A stretch of 64,000 nucleotides of DNA from Escherichia coli (GTDB lineage: Bacteria; Pseudomonadota; Gammaproteobacteria; Enterobacterales; Enterobacteriaceae): the NCBI RefSeq assembly GCF_041886205.1, contig NZ_CP169029.1. One strand, given 5' to 3'. The notes under the pieces are model-generated. The model saw nothing but the letters and a program-made list of their open reading frames with translations. It had not been told where the DNA came from and searched no databases. Position numbers and translations under genes: made by a program. Shown here in pieces: positions 36,697-47,553 of the stretch. Within the stretch, counting starts at the first letter, position 1. Each line of letters opens with the position of its first letter.

Positions 36697-37254
36697 TTAC
36701 TGAATAACCAGCGTATTAATGATGTTTTCTGCGGTGGTCTGCGCTTTTTGCTGATCGTCAGCTGGCAGAGTAATTTGCATGGTCAGCAGTTGATTACCCA
36801 CGTTACCCAGAATAACGGAAGAGTACGCCGTCTGGCCTTTCGCGGAGATAATACTGTCTAACTGCTGCATTTTGTGACCTTTCAGCTCAATGGCTTTATT
36901 GGTTACCACTTGCAGCTGCGGATCGCGGCTACGTTGCTGATCTTCCAGACGCTTCGCCAGCACCGCCAGATCTTCTTTCGGATCATCGCCCATGATGACG
37001 ATGACTGCTTTCTGCCCGGTGGCGTCGGACCAGACATGCATGTTATTGGCCTGCGTTCCCAGCTTACCGCTCTGGTCGGTCATATCCGCTGGCAGCGAGA
37101 AACTTAACTTGCCATCAAGCAGGTTGACGGGATTCCCGGTAGCGTTACTTTCCGCGACCGAACCCTGCGCCGTAGCGTTAGTGTCTTTATCATCACAGGC
37201 CGCAAGCCCCATAACCAGCAGGCCAATTCCGACATATTTAACCAGATTGCGCAT
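36697..37254 (-). CDS. dcrB: periplasmic lipoprotein DcrB
   Basis: Track ORF 203 aa; probable start [20 protein letters not shown] (lipobox LAAC) gives 185 aa. Confidence 0.9.
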
Positions 37255-37326
37255 TGACTTCTTCCTTTCGATAAACGGCCATAACGGCTCATTCATCCAT
37301 CTTATCACAACTCTGATAACGAACCT

Positions 37327-37992
37327 TTAACTCGCCTGCAAAGCGTTGATTTCGGATTTATCTGCCAGTCTTTTCAACAGCATATTGAGTAATACACCAT
37401 ACATTGGCAGGAAGAAAACGATACTGATTAACACTTTGAAACAGTAATCGACTAGCGCGATTTCCATCCAGTGTTCAGCCATAAAGGCATCCGGGCTACG
37501 CCAGAAGGCAATGAAGAAGAAGGCCAGTGTGTCGCTGACGTTACCGAACAGTGTGGACGCTGTCGGTGCCAGCCACCAGCGGCGACTCTGACGCAGGCGG
37601 TTAAAAACGTGCACGTCGAGGATCTGTCCCAGCGCGTAGGCCATGAAACTGGCGGTGGCGATACGGGCGACAAACAGGTTGAAGTGGGCGAGTGCGCCGA
37701 ATCCCTGCCATGACCCCATATAAAACAGCGATGAGATGACGTAGGAGATCAGCAATGCGGGGATCATCACCGCAAAGATGATACGACGGGCCAGCGGTGC
37801 GCCAAAAATACGCACAGTCAGGTCGGTAGCGAGAAAGATAAACGGAAAGCTAAACGCGCCCCAGGTGGTGTGAAAACCAAAAATGGAGACGGGAAGCTGA
37901 ACCAGATAGTTACTGGAGGTGATCACCAGAAGATGAAATAACGATAACCAGAACAACGCCTTATAGCGTTGAGTTTGCGAGAAAACGTTCAT
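37327..37992 (-). CDS. yhhQ: queuosine precursor transporter (DUF165 family)
   Basis: 221-aa membrane ORF; recognised YhhQ. Confidence 0.9.
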   Translation of the reverse strand: MNVFSQTQRYKALFWLSLFHLLVITSSNYLVQLPVSIFGFHTTWGAFSFPFIFLATDLTVRIFGAPLARRIIFAVMIPALLISYVISSLFYMGSWQGFGALAHFNLFVARIATASFMAYALGQILDVHVFNRLRQSRRWWLAPTASTLFGNVSDTLAFFFIAFWRSPDAFMAEHWMEIALVDYCFKVLISIVFFLPMYGVLLNMLLKRLADKSEINALQAS

Positions 37993-38212
37993 ATTGTACC
38001 TTTTTGATTAACCATTGGGGTGAGGGAACCCAATACGTACGACACGTCTGTTACCTTAACATAATAACGTGCTTACCCTTTTTTCGAGCCGCCGCATGAT
38101 ACTGCTTTACGTTGACAATGCAATGGTTAATTTTCACGCAATCGTTAACCTGGTTTGCTTACGGACTCACAGGGCGTAAACTAGCGCCGTTTTTTTATGT
38201 GATGAGAAGAAA

Positions 38213-38458
38213 ATGACCGATCTCTTTTCCAGCCCTGACCACATACTCGACGCACTTGGCCTGCGCTGCCCGGAACCCGTAATGATGGTGCGCAAAACAG
38301 TGCGCAATATGCAGCCAGGTGAAACGTTGCTGATTATTGCTGACGATCCGGCGACGACCCGCGATATTCCTGGGTTTTGTACCTTTATGGAACACGAACT
38401 GGTTGCGAAAGAGACGGATGGACTGCCTTATCGTTATTTGATTCGCAAAGGCGGTTGA
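38213..38458 (+). CDS. tusA: sulfurtransferase TusA
   Basis: 81-aa ORF with [11 protein letters not shown] active-site Cys motif. Confidence 0.95.
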   Translation: MTDLFSSPDHILDALGLRCPEPVMMVRKTVRNMQPGETLLIIADDPATTRDIPGFCTFMEHELVAKETDGLPYRYLIRKGG

Positions 38459-38461
38459 TGG

Positions 38462-38557
38462 GGGCTGATTGGCTTCGATGCCGCCTTTTCCCCTCACCCT
38501 AACCCTCTCCCCAGAGGGGCGAGGGGACCGATCGCGCTCAATGTTGCGATCGGTTTG
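38462..38557. repeat. intergenic repeat plus hairpin between tusA and zntA
   Basis: cccctcaccctaaccctctccccagaggggcgagggga (G/C-rich dyad) followed by hairpin ccgatcgc...gcgatcgg and a T-tract; probable tusA terminator. Confidence 0.5.
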
Positions 38558-38559
38558 CC

Positions 38560-40758
38560 TTATCTCCTGCGCAACAATCTTAACGCATTCGCCGTCACCA
38601 GCACCGTCGCACCCGTATCTGCCAGCACCGCCAGCCACAACCCGGTCATCCCTAACAGCGTGGTGACGAGGAAGATCCCTTTCAGCCCCAGCGCAATGGT
38701 GATGTTCTGGCGGATATTGGCGTGAGTGGCGCGTGCCAGTTCAATCATTTGCACCAGGCCGCGCAGGTGGTTATGGGTTAATGCTGCGTCGGCGGTTTCC
38801 AGCGCCACGTCTGTGCCACTGCCCATTGCAATCCCAATGGCGGCAGCTTTCATCGCTGGCGCGTCGTTAATACCGTCACCGACCATCGCCAGCGGCGCAT
38901 GTTGATTCAGCTCGGTCACCGCTTTGACTTTATCTTCCGGCAACAGGCCCGCTTTAAACTCCAGCCCCAGCTCCCCGGCAATTGCCGCCGCTGCGCGTGG
39001 ATTATCGCCGGTGAGGATCACTCCTTTAACCCCCAGCGCGTTCAGTTCACTGATGGCAGTTGCAGCGTCGGCGCGCAGGGTATCCTGCAATGCAATGATA
39101 CCCAGCACGTCATCATTACGTACTACCAGCACAACCGTTTGCCCGGCGCTTTCCAGTTCATTAATCAAACCAGCAAATGCATCAGCGGGATGTTTCCCGG
39201 CAGCGCAAATCAATACGCGCTCACCGTTAACCTGCGCTTCAATGCCAGACCCGACCAGCGCCCGCTGTGATTCGGCGGCGGGAATGGCGAGTGCAGCAAC
39301 CTGTGCTTCGCGCACGATGGCTTGCGCCAGTGGATGCGTCGCGCCTTGCTCGACCGCCGCCGCCAGTGTCAGCAGTTCAGATTCACTAATACCCGTTGCC
39401 GGATGAATCGCGGTAACGCGCGGTTTACCGACGGTCAGCGTACCGGTTTTATCAAACGCCACCTGAGTAACACGACCTAGTTGTTCCAGCGCCGCTCCGC
39501 CTTTAATCAACGCCCCACGACGCGCTGCTGCCGCCAGCCCGGAGGTAATCGCCGCGGGCGTGGAGATAACTAACGCACACGGGCAGCCAATCAGCAGCAG
39601 CGTCAGGCCTTTATAAATCCACTCCTGCCAGCTGGCGGCAAACAGCAGCGGTGGCACCAGCGTCACCAGCAGGGCGACGGCCATAATCGCTGGCGTATAA
39701 ATACGGCTGAAACGGTCGATAAACCGCTCAATGGGGGCGCGGCGCTCTTCGGCTTCTTCGATCAGTTTCAGAATCCGGTCAATGGCGCTGGCACCCGGTT
39801 CTGACAGCACTTCCAGCGTTACCAGACGGTCTACGCTGGTGGCTCCTGCAGGAACTTTATCGCCCGTTGCGCGCTCCACCGGAATGGATTCTCCGGTCAG
39901 GGCGCTTTCATCAAAACTGGCAAACGGTGAGAGCAGTTTACCGTCGGCAGGCAAACGCCCACCTGCGGCGACTTCAATCACATCGCCAGGCCGCAGGCTG
40001 TTAATCGCCACCTCTTCCCGCTCACCGTTACGCAGGCGCGTGGCGGTTTCTGGTTTCAGCGCCATTAAAGCGCTAACGCCCTGACGCGCGCGGCTGGCGG
40101 CCCAGCCTTCCAGTCGTTCACCAATCAAAAACAGCAGCAACACCATCGCAGCTTCAGCCGTTGCGCCAATAAACAGTGCACCAATAGCGGCTACGCTCAT
40201 TAAGGTTTCAATGGCGAAGTAGCTGCCGGATTTGATCAGCCGTAATGCCTGACGAGCAATCGGGTACAGCCCAACCAGCGTGGTCGCGATAAACGCCAGT
40301 TGCCCGAACGGATGATTAAATTGCTCCAAACCCCAGCTGATTGCCATCATCACGATAAGCGTAATCAGCGGCAGATTCTCTTTCAGGCGCGATGCTTGTG
40401 GCTCGTCGGCGGCCTGCTCATCGCGCAGGGAATAGCCCGCTTTTTGCACCGTAGATTCAACCTGGGCACGGATGTCATTGTCGGCATCAACCACCAGTTT
40501 TTCGGTGGCGAACAACACCTGCACCTGATTCACGCCTGCAAGCTGGCGCACGGCATTTTCTACCTTGCGCGCACAGGCGGCGCAGTCCATGCCGCTGACT
40601 TTCCAGCTATAGCGGGTGCCGGAGACGTTTTCAGAGAGCGTTGGCGAGCTGGAACATGCGCCGTCGCAGCAACAGTCGTTGGCGTTCTGTACCGTGGTTA
40701 GCGGTTTGAACGCAGCAAATTGAGGGGCTTTCTTGCCGTGATTGTCAGGAGTCGACAT
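38560..40758 (-). CDS. zntA: Zn/Cd/Pb-translocating P1B-type ATPase
   Basis: 732-aa ORF; N-terminal GMDCAAC metal-binding motif, CPC transmembrane motif, DKTGTLT phosphorylation site. Confidence 0.96.
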   Translation of the reverse strand: MSTPDNHGKKAPQFAAFKPLTTVQNANDCCCDGACSSSPTLSENVSGTRYSWKVSGMDCAACARKVENAVRQLAGVNQVQVLFATEKLVVDADNDIRAQVESTVQKAGYSLRDEQAADEPQASRLKENLPLITLIVMMAISWGLEQFNHPFGQLAFIATTLVGLYPIARQALRLIKSGSYFAIETLMSVAAIGALFIGATAEAAMVLLLFLIGERLEGWAASRARQGVSALMALKPETATRLRNGEREEVAINSLRPGDVIEVAAGGRLPADGKLLSPFASFDESALTGESIPVERATGDKVPAGATSVDRLVTLEVLSEPGASAIDRILKLIEEAEERRAPIERFIDRFSRIYTPAIMAVALLVTLVPPLLFAASWQEWIYKGLTLLLIGCPCALVISTPAAITSGLAAAARRGALIKGGAALEQLGRVTQVAFDKTGTLTVGKPRVTAIHPATGISESELLTLAAAVEQGATHPLAQAIVREAQVAALAIPAAESQRALVGSGIEAQVNGERVLICAAGKHPADAFAGLINELESAGQTVVLVVRNDDVLGIIALQDTLRADAATAISELNALGVKGVILTGDNPRAAAAIAGELGLEFKAGLLPEDKVKAVTELNQHAPLAMVGDGINDAPAMKAAAIGIAMGSGTDVALETADAALTHNHLRGLVQMIELARATHANIRQNITIALGLKGIFLVTTLLGMTGLWLAVLADTGATVLVTANALRLLRRR

Positions 40759-40800
40759 GGCATCCTCCGGTTAAGTTTTTTCTCATTAACCGAAGGATAC

Positions 40801-40822
40801 ACTCTGGAGTCGACTCCAGAGT
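40801..40822 (-). promoter_or_regulatory. ZntR (MerR-family) operator in zntA promoter
   Basis: Perfect 22-bp palindrome actctggagtcgactccagagt between a ttgact -35 hexamer and the -10 region upstream of zntA. Confidence 0.8.
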
Positions 40823-40831
40823 CAAGTTTTA

Positions 40832-41458
40832 TCAGAGATACAGCGAGCGGACGATCAGGAAGTGACCGGCAAAGTAGCAGGCCGCAGCAATCGCGTTATC
40901 CGCACGGAAGCGTCGGCGATAGTGGCTCCCCAGCCAGACAAAGTTACTGATAAACAGCAACGAAGCGCCAACAAACGCAGAGAGCGCCGGAGCGGTCGGA
41001 CGGAAGAACCACAGTTCACCTGCCAGCCACACCATCACCAGCGTCATGCCGATAAACGTGCAGATAGGCCAACGGTACTCTTCCAGCCGCGTCCAGATAA
41101 TCGCCAGTAACAGCGCGCCCAGAACCAGCAGCACCAGTGGCAGAGGCCAGAAGAAAGAGAGCGTCATCTGACTGGCGAAATAGATGGTGTACAGCAGGTG
41201 CGAGAGGAAAAACGCGCCGATGGCGTACATCAGACGTTGACGTGGCAACAGGGTTAGCGCATCGCCCAGCAGTGAGGCGCACAGCCCTGCCAGCACCAGA
41301 TAGCTAATGGCGTCGAACATCGGCGCTTGCCAGGCCAGTAACAGCAGGAGAAGAAGGGTTAACGGTTTAAACACCCAGCGTTGCCAGGTTGGCCCACGAT
41401 ACGATGCATCCACAGATAGCCATGCGGAAAGACAGACAGCGATAAACGACCAAAGCAT
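40832..41458 (-). CDS. yhhN: inner membrane protein YhhN (lysoplasmalogenase-like family)
   Basis: 208-aa multi-TM ORF. Confidence 0.88.
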
Positions 41459-41598
41459 CTTAGTTCCTTGAATTCGTTATTTTTTCGTAAGCGGAATGCC
41501 TACGGTCTTGCTTCCAGTTTAGTGGCGAGGGTGGACGGATGACAACACCATAACTGGCAGGGTATGCTTAATTCCGCATTTTCCGATGAGGGATAAAG

Positions 41599-41958
41599 AT
41601 GAGTAAACCACCTCTTTTCTTTATTGTTATCATTGGCTTAATCATCGTCGCCGCATCGTTTCGTTTTATGCAACAGCGACGGGAAAAAGCTGATAATGAT
41701 ATGGCTCCGCTCCAGCAAAAGCTGGTGGTGGTGAGCAACAAGCGGGAAAAACCGATTAACGATCGCCGTTCGCGCCAGCAGGAAGTGACTCCGGCAGGCA
41801 CCAGTATGCGCTATGAGGCAAGCTTCAAACCGCAAAGCGGAGGAATGGAGCAGACGTTTCGCCTCGACGCCCAGCAGTACCACGCCCTGACAGTGGGCGA
41901 TAAAGGTACGCTGAGCTATAAAGGAACGCGCTTTGTCAGCTTTGTAGGCGAACAATAA
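41599..41958 (+). CDS. yhhM: DUF2500 family protein
   Basis: 119-aa ORF with N-terminal TM. Confidence 0.85.
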   Translation: MSKPPLFFIVIIGLIIVAASFRFMQQRREKADNDMAPLQQKLVVVSNKREKPINDRRSRQQEVTPAGTSMRYEASFKPQSGGMEQTFRLDAQQYHALTVGDKGTLSYKGTRFVSFVGEQ

Positions 41959-41960
41959 GG

Positions 41961-42230
41961 TTATTTTTTAACTTTAAATTTCTTCTGCCAGACCAGCAGT
42001 TCAAACACGCCGAAAAGGAAAATCCGTACCTTTTCGGCGGTGGTCATCTGCGGGCCATCTTTCGGTAAAGTGGATTTCAATAGCGCCAGCTGCATACCAT
42101 GCATCAGCACGGTAAAAATCAGCGCCACGTTAACGAAAATATTCAGCGGGCGCGGGAAGGGATGCACCAGATTGAGGATTAAAAATCCCCAAACGCAGAG
42201 CATTAACAAACGACCAATATTAATCAGCAT
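41961..42230 (-). CDS. yhhL: DUF1145 small membrane protein
   Basis: Track ORF 130 aa; probable start MLINIGRLLMLCVWGFL gives 89 aa; 11-nt overlap with rsmD 3' end. Confidence 0.8.
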   Translation of the reverse strand: MLINIGRLLMLCVWGFLILNLVHPFPRPLNIFVNVALIFTVLMHGMQLALLKSTLPKDGPQMTTAEKVRIFLFGVFELLVWQKKFKVKK

Positions 42231-42816
42231 CACTTTCTCCTTGTGCTTCGCGTTGATACAGCCGATAAGCCACCTGACCCGCCACTTTTTCCCGATGTAA
42301 TGACCAGTTTGCCGGAACAGTGGGCAGACCGTTTTCGACTTCGCTTTCGACATAAATCAGGGCTTCGTCAGCCAGCCAGCCGTTATCTTCCAGTAAATTT
42401 ATCGTCTCTTCTAACAAGCCACGGCGGAACGGTGGATCGACAAACACGATATTATGCGGTGTGCCTTTTTGCGCCAGGAATGACATTGCGTTGCTGTTCA
42501 CCACGCGTGCATTGCCTGCTTTTAGTGTCGCCAGATTCTTAATTAACTGCTGAGAAACCACGCGATCCATCTCAATCAACGTTGCCCCCGCAGCGTAGCG
42601 CGATAACGCTTCCAGCCCCAGCGCGCCGCTCCCGGCGAAGCAATCCAGACATTGGGCGTCAACAATGACCGGAGCCAGCCAGTTAAACAACGTTTCGCGT
42701 ACGCGGTCGGTGGTGGGGCGCAGACCTGGGCTATCAGGAACCGGGAGTTTACGGCCTCGCCACTGCCCGCCAATAATGCGGATTTGGCCGCTGCCGGAAT
42801 GATTCGGTTTTTTCAT
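42220..42816 (-). CDS. rsmD: 16S rRNA m2G966 methyltransferase
   Basis: 198-aa ORF; DPPF motif (VFVDPPFRRG). Confidence 0.93.
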   Translation of the reverse strand: MKKPNHSGSGQIRIIGGQWRGRKLPVPDSPGLRPTTDRVRETLFNWLAPVIVDAQCLDCFAGSGALGLEALSRYAAGATLIEMDRVVSQQLIKNLATLKAGNARVVNSNAMSFLAQKGTPHNIVFVDPPFRRGLLEETINLLEDNGWLADEALIYVESEVENGLPTVPANWSLHREKVAGQVAYRLYQREAQGESDAD

Positions 42817-42965
42817 GATAAATTGCTCAATCCGCCAGATAACACATACTTGCAGGCGGTGATGTGAATTAAGTTAAGTGATAGACTATTTCATCATTTT
42901 TTTAGCTGCTATGTACATAGCGTTAACGCTGTGCCATGAAGCAACAGCGAGGAGTGTAGTCGCAA

Positions 42966-44462
42966 ATGGCGAAAGAAAAAAAACGTGGCTTTTTTTCCTG
43001 GCTGGGCTTTGGTCAAAAAGAGCAGACCCCGGAAAAAGAGACAGAAGTTCAGAATGAACAACCGGTTGTAGAAGAAATCGTTCAGGCGCAAGAGACTGCG
43101 AAGGCTTCGGAACACGCCGTTGAAGAGCAGCCGCAGGCGCATACTGAGGCCGAAGCGGAAACTTTTGCTGCCGAAGTTGTGGAAGTCACTGAACAGGTTG
43201 CTGAAAGTGAAAAAGCGCAGCCTGAAGCGGAAGTCGTTGCACAGCCGGAACCGGTCGTAGAAGAAACGCCGGAGCCAGTGGTTATCGAGCGTGAAGAGCT
43301 GCCGTTGCCGGAAGACGTCAACGCCGAAGCGGTTTCGCCAGAAGAGTGGCAGGCTGAAGCGGAAACCGTAGAGATTGTCGAAGCGGCGGAAGAAGAAGCG
43401 GCTAAAGAAGAAATCACCGACGAAGAGCTGGAAGCACAGGCGCTGGCTGCCGAAGCGGCAGAAGAGGCGGTGATGGTGGTTCCTCCGGCAGAAGAAGAGC
43501 AGCCGGTGGAAGAAATCGCTCAGGAGCAGGAAAAACCGACCAAAGAAGGTTTCTTCGCGCGCCTGAAACGCAGCCTGTTAAAAACCAAAGAAAATCTCGG
43601 TTCCGGATTTATCAGCCTGTTCCGCGGTAAAAAAATCGACGATGATCTGTTTGAAGAGCTGGAAGAACAGCTTTTGATCGCCGATGTGGGCGTGGAAACC
43701 ACACGTAAAATTATCACCAATCTGACGGAAGGCGCATCCCGCAAGCAGCTTCGTGATGCCGAGGCGCTCTATGGCCTGCTGAAAGAAGAGATGGGCGAGA
43801 TTCTGGCGAAAGTCGATGAGCCGCTGAATGTTGAAGGTAAAACGCCGTTCGTGATCCTGATGGTGGGCGTCAACGGTGTGGGTAAAACCACGACGATTGG
43901 TAAGCTGGCACGTCAGTTTGAGCAGCAGGGTAAATCGGTGATGCTGGCGGCGGGCGATACTTTCCGTGCAGCAGCGGTTGAACAGCTTCAGGTCTGGGGT
44001 CAGCGCAACAATATTCCGGTGATTGCCCAGCATACCGGTGCGGATTCCGCCTCTGTTATCTTCGACGCCATTCAGGCAGCTAAAGCGCGTAATATCGACG
44101 TCCTGATTGCCGATACCGCCGGACGCCTGCAGAACAAATCGCACCTGATGGAAGAGTTGAAGAAAATCGTCCGCGTGATGAAGAAACTCGACGTTGAAGC
44201 GCCGCATGAAGTTATGCTGACTATCGATGCCAGCACCGGGCAGAACGCGGTAAGCCAGGCCAAACTGTTCCATGAAGCCGTTGGTTTAACCGGCATCACG
44301 CTAACGAAACTGGACGGCACGGCGAAAGGCGGGGTAATTTTCTCGGTGGCTGACCAGTTTGGTATCCCTATCCGCTACATTGGTGTCGGCGAACGTATTG
44401 AGGATTTGCGTCCGTTTAAGGCGGACGACTTTATAGAGGCACTTTTTGCCCGAGAGGATTAA
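42966..44462 (+). CDS. ftsY: signal recognition particle receptor
   Basis: 498-aa ORF; acidic N-terminal A domain then NG domain with GVNGVGKTTT P-loop. Confidence 0.96.
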   Translation: MAKEKKRGFFSWLGFGQKEQTPEKETEVQNEQPVVEEIVQAQETAKASEHAVEEQPQAHTEAEAETFAAEVVEVTEQVAESEKAQPEAEVVAQPEPVVEETPEPVVIEREELPLPEDVNAEAVSPEEWQAEAETVEIVEAAEEEAAKEEITDEELEAQALAAEAAEEAVMVVPPAEEEQPVEEIAQEQEKPTKEGFFARLKRSLLKTKENLGSGFISLFRGKKIDDDLFEELEEQLLIADVGVETTRKIITNLTEGASRKQLRDAEALYGLLKEEMGEILAKVDEPLNVEGKTPFVILMVGVNGVGKTTTIGKLARQFEQQGKSVMLAAGDTFRAAAVEQLQVWGQRNNIPVIAQHTGADSASVIFDAIQAAKARNIDVLIADTAGRLQNKSHLMEELKKIVRVMKKLDVEAPHEVMLTIDASTGQNAVSQAKLFHEAVGLTGITLTKLDGTAKGGVIFSVADQFGIPIRYIGVGERIEDLRPFKADDFIEALFARED

Positions 44463-44464
44463 CA

Positions 44465-45133
44465 ATGATTCGCTTTGAACATGTCAGCAAGGCTTATCTC
44501 GGTGGGAGACAGGCGCTGCAGGGCGTTACGTTCCATATGCAGCCGGGTGAGATGGCGTTTCTGACCGGTCATTCCGGCGCAGGGAAAAGTACCCTCCTGA
44601 AGCTGATCTGTGGGATTGAGCGGCCCAGCGCCGGGAAAATCTGGTTTAGCGGCCATGACATCACGCGTCTGAAAAACCGTGAAGTTCCGTTTCTGCGCCG
44701 CCAGATTGGCATGATTTTCCAGGATCACCATCTACTGATGGACCGTACTGTCTACGATAACGTGGCGATCCCGCTGATTATCGCTGGTGCCAGCGGTGAC
44801 GATATTCGTCGCCGGGTGTCGGCGGCACTGGATAAAGTCGGGCTACTGGACAAAGCGAAGAACTTCCCTATTCAGCTTTCGGGCGGTGAACAACAGCGTG
44901 TTGGCATTGCCCGCGCGGTGGTGAATAAGCCCGCGGTACTGCTGGCGGACGAACCGACTGGTAACCTGGACGACGCGTTGTCGGAAGGGATTCTACGTCT
45001 GTTTGAAGAGTTTAACCGCGTTGGGGTAACCGTATTGATGGCAACGCACGACCTCAACCTGATTTCACGGCGTTCCTATCGCATGCTCACCCTGAGCGAT
45101 GGTCACTTGCATGGAGGCGTGGGCCATGAATAA
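44465..45133 (+). CDS. ftsE: cell division ABC transporter ATPase
   Basis: 222-aa ORF; Walker [10 protein letters not shown], signature LSGGEQQR. Confidence 0.96.
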
Positions 45134-46184
45134 GCGCGATGCAATCAATCATATTCGGCAGTTTGGCGGGCGTCTGGATCGCTTCCGTAAATCGGTCGGC
45201 GGCTCAGGCGATGGCGGTCGTAACGCACCGAAACGCGCGAAATCCTCGCCAAAACCGGTAAATCGCAAAACCAACGTTTTCAACGAACAGGTGCGCTATG
45301 CCTTCCACGGCGCATTGCAGGATCTGAAAAGCAAACCGTTCGCCACATTTTTAACGGTGATGGTTATCGCCATCTCCCTGACGCTGCCCAGCGTCTGTTA
45401 TATGGTGTACAAAAACGTTAACCAGGCGGCGACGCAGTATTATCCGTCACCGCAAATCACTGTTTATCTGCAAAAAACGCTGGACGATGACGCTGCTGCG
45501 GGCGTGGTGGCACAGTTGCAGGCCGAGCAAGGCGTGGAGAAAGTGAATTATCTTTCTCGTGAAGACGCGCTGGGCGAGTTCCGTAACTGGTCTGGCTTTG
45601 GCGGCGCGCTGGATATGCTGGAAGAAAACCCGCTTCCGGCAGTGGCGGTGGTGATCCCGAAACTCGATTTTCAGGGGACGGAATCACTCAATACGCTGCG
45701 TGATCGTATCACGCAGATTAACGGCATTGACGAAGTGCGGATGGATGACAGCTGGTTTGCCCGTCTGGCGGCGTTGACTGGGCTGGTCGGGCGCGTTTCG
45801 GCGATGATCGGCGTATTGATGGTGGCGGCCGTGTTCCTCGTCATCGGCAACAGCGTACGTCTGAGCATCTTTGCTCGCCGTGACTCCATTAACGTGCAGA
45901 AACTGATTGGTGCGACGGATGGTTTCATCCTGCGCCCGTTCCTGTACGGTGGCGCACTGCTGGGATTTTCTGGCGCATTGTTGTCACTAATTTTGTCAGA
46001 AATTCTGGTACTGCGATTGTCATCGGCGGTTGCGGAAGTGGCACAGGTTTTCGGAACGAAGTTTGATATCAATGGTTTATCGTTTGATGAATGCCTGCTG
46101 TTGCTGCTGGTATGCTCGATGATTGGCTGGGTGGCAGCGTGGCTTGCCACGGTACAACATTTACGCCACTTTACGCCTGAATAA
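45126..46184 (+). CDS. ftsX: cell division ABC transporter permease-like protein
   Basis: Track ORF 361 aa; start [10 protein letters not shown] overlapping ftsE stop gives 352 aa. Confidence 0.94.
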
Positions 46185-46428
46185 TAAAAGCGTGTTATAC
46201 TCTTTCCCTGCAATGGGTTCCGTAGCAGGGAAAGAGACCCCGTTGTCTCTTCCCGGTATTTCATCTCTATGTCACATTTTGTGCGTAATTTATTCACAAG
46301 CTTGCATTGAACTTGTGGATAAAATCACGGTCTGATAAAACAGTGAATGATAACCTCGTTGCTCTTAAGCTCTGGCACAGTTGTTGCTACCACTGAAGCG
46401 CCAGAAGATATCGATTGAGAGGATTTGA

Positions 46429-47283
46429 ATGACTGACAAAATGCAAAGTTTAGCTTTAGCCCCAGTTGGCAACCTGGATTCCTACATCCGGGCAGCTAAC
46501 GCGTGGCCGATGTTGTCGGCTGACGAGGAGCGGGCGCTGGCTGAAAAGCTGCATTACCATGGCGATCTGGAAGCAGCTAAAACGCTGATCCTGTCTCACC
46601 TGCGGTTTGTTGTTCATATTGCTCGTAATTATGCGGGCTATGGCCTGCCACAGGCGGATTTGATTCAGGAAGGTAACATCGGCCTGATGAAAGCAGTGCG
46701 CCGTTTTAACCCGGAAGTGGGTGTGCGCCTGGTCTCCTTCGCCGTTCACTGGATCAAAGCAGAGATCCACGAATACGTCCTGCGTAACTGGCGTATCGTC
46801 AAAGTTGCGACCACCAAAGCGCAGCGCAAACTGTTCTTCAACCTGCGTAAAACCAAGCAGCGTCTGGGCTGGTTTAACCAGGATGAAGTCGAAATGGTGG
46901 CCCGTGAACTGGGCGTAACCAGCAAAGACGTACGTGAGATGGAATCACGTATGGCGGCACAGGACATGACCTTTGACCTGTCTTCCGACGACGATTCCGA
47001 CAGCCAACCGATGGCACCGGTGCTCTATCTGCAGGATAAATCATCTAACTTTGCCGACGGCATCGAAGATGATAACTGGGAAGAGCAGGCGGCAAACCGT
47101 CTGACCGACGCGATGCAGGGTCTGGACGAACGCAGCCAGGACATCATCCGCGCGCGCTGGCTGGACGAAGACAACAAGTCCACGTTGCAGGAACTGGCTG
47201 ACCGTTACGGCGTTTCCGCTGAACGTGTACGCCAGCTGGAAAAGAACGCGATGAAAAAACTGCGCGCTGCTATAGAAGCGTAA
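46429..47283 (+). CDS. rpoH: RNA polymerase sigma-32 (heat shock sigma factor)
   Basis: 284-aa ORF; recognised RpoH including RpoH box [17 protein letters not shown]. Confidence 0.97.
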   Translation: MTDKMQSLALAPVGNLDSYIRAANAWPMLSADEERALAEKLHYHGDLEAAKTLILSHLRFVVHIARNYAGYGLPQADLIQEGNIGLMKAVRRFNPEVGVRLVSFAVHWIKAEIHEYVLRNWRIVKVATTKAQRKLFFNLRKTKQRLGWFNQDEVEMVARELGVTSKDVREMESRMAAQDMTFDLSSDDDSDSQPMAPVLYLQDKSSNFADGIEDDNWEEQAANRLTDAMQGLDERSQDIIRARWLDEDNKSTLQELADRYGVSAERVRQLEKNAMKKLRAAIEA

Positions 47284-47302
47284 TTTCCGCTATTAAGCAG
47301 AG

Positions 47303-47337
47303 AACCCTGGATGCGAGTCCGGGGTTTTTGTTTTTTG
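47303..47337 (+). terminator. rho-independent terminator of rpoH
   Basis: Imperfect hairpin ccctggatgcgagtccgggg followed by tttttgtttttt. Confidence 0.5.
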
Positions 47338-47553
47338 AGCCTCTACAATAATCAATTTCCCCTCCGGCAAAACGCCAATCCCCACGCAGATTGTTAATAA
47401 ACTGTCAAAATAGCTATTCCAATATCATAAAAATCGGGTATGTTTTAGCAGAGTATGCTGCTAAAGCACGGGTAGTCATGCATAAAACGAAATAAAGTGC
47501 TGAACAACAACATCACAACACACGTAATAACCAGAAGAATGGGGATTCTCAGG

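Noticed and set aside
43000-43560. Repetitive acidic (E/A/V/Q-rich) stretch that could be mistaken for a DNA repeat element
   Set aside because: It is the native low-complexity acidic A-domain of FtsY, in frame and contiguous with the NG domain
43578-44273. 231-aa ORF on minus strand
   Set aside because: Antisense to the ftsY NG domain; shadow ORF
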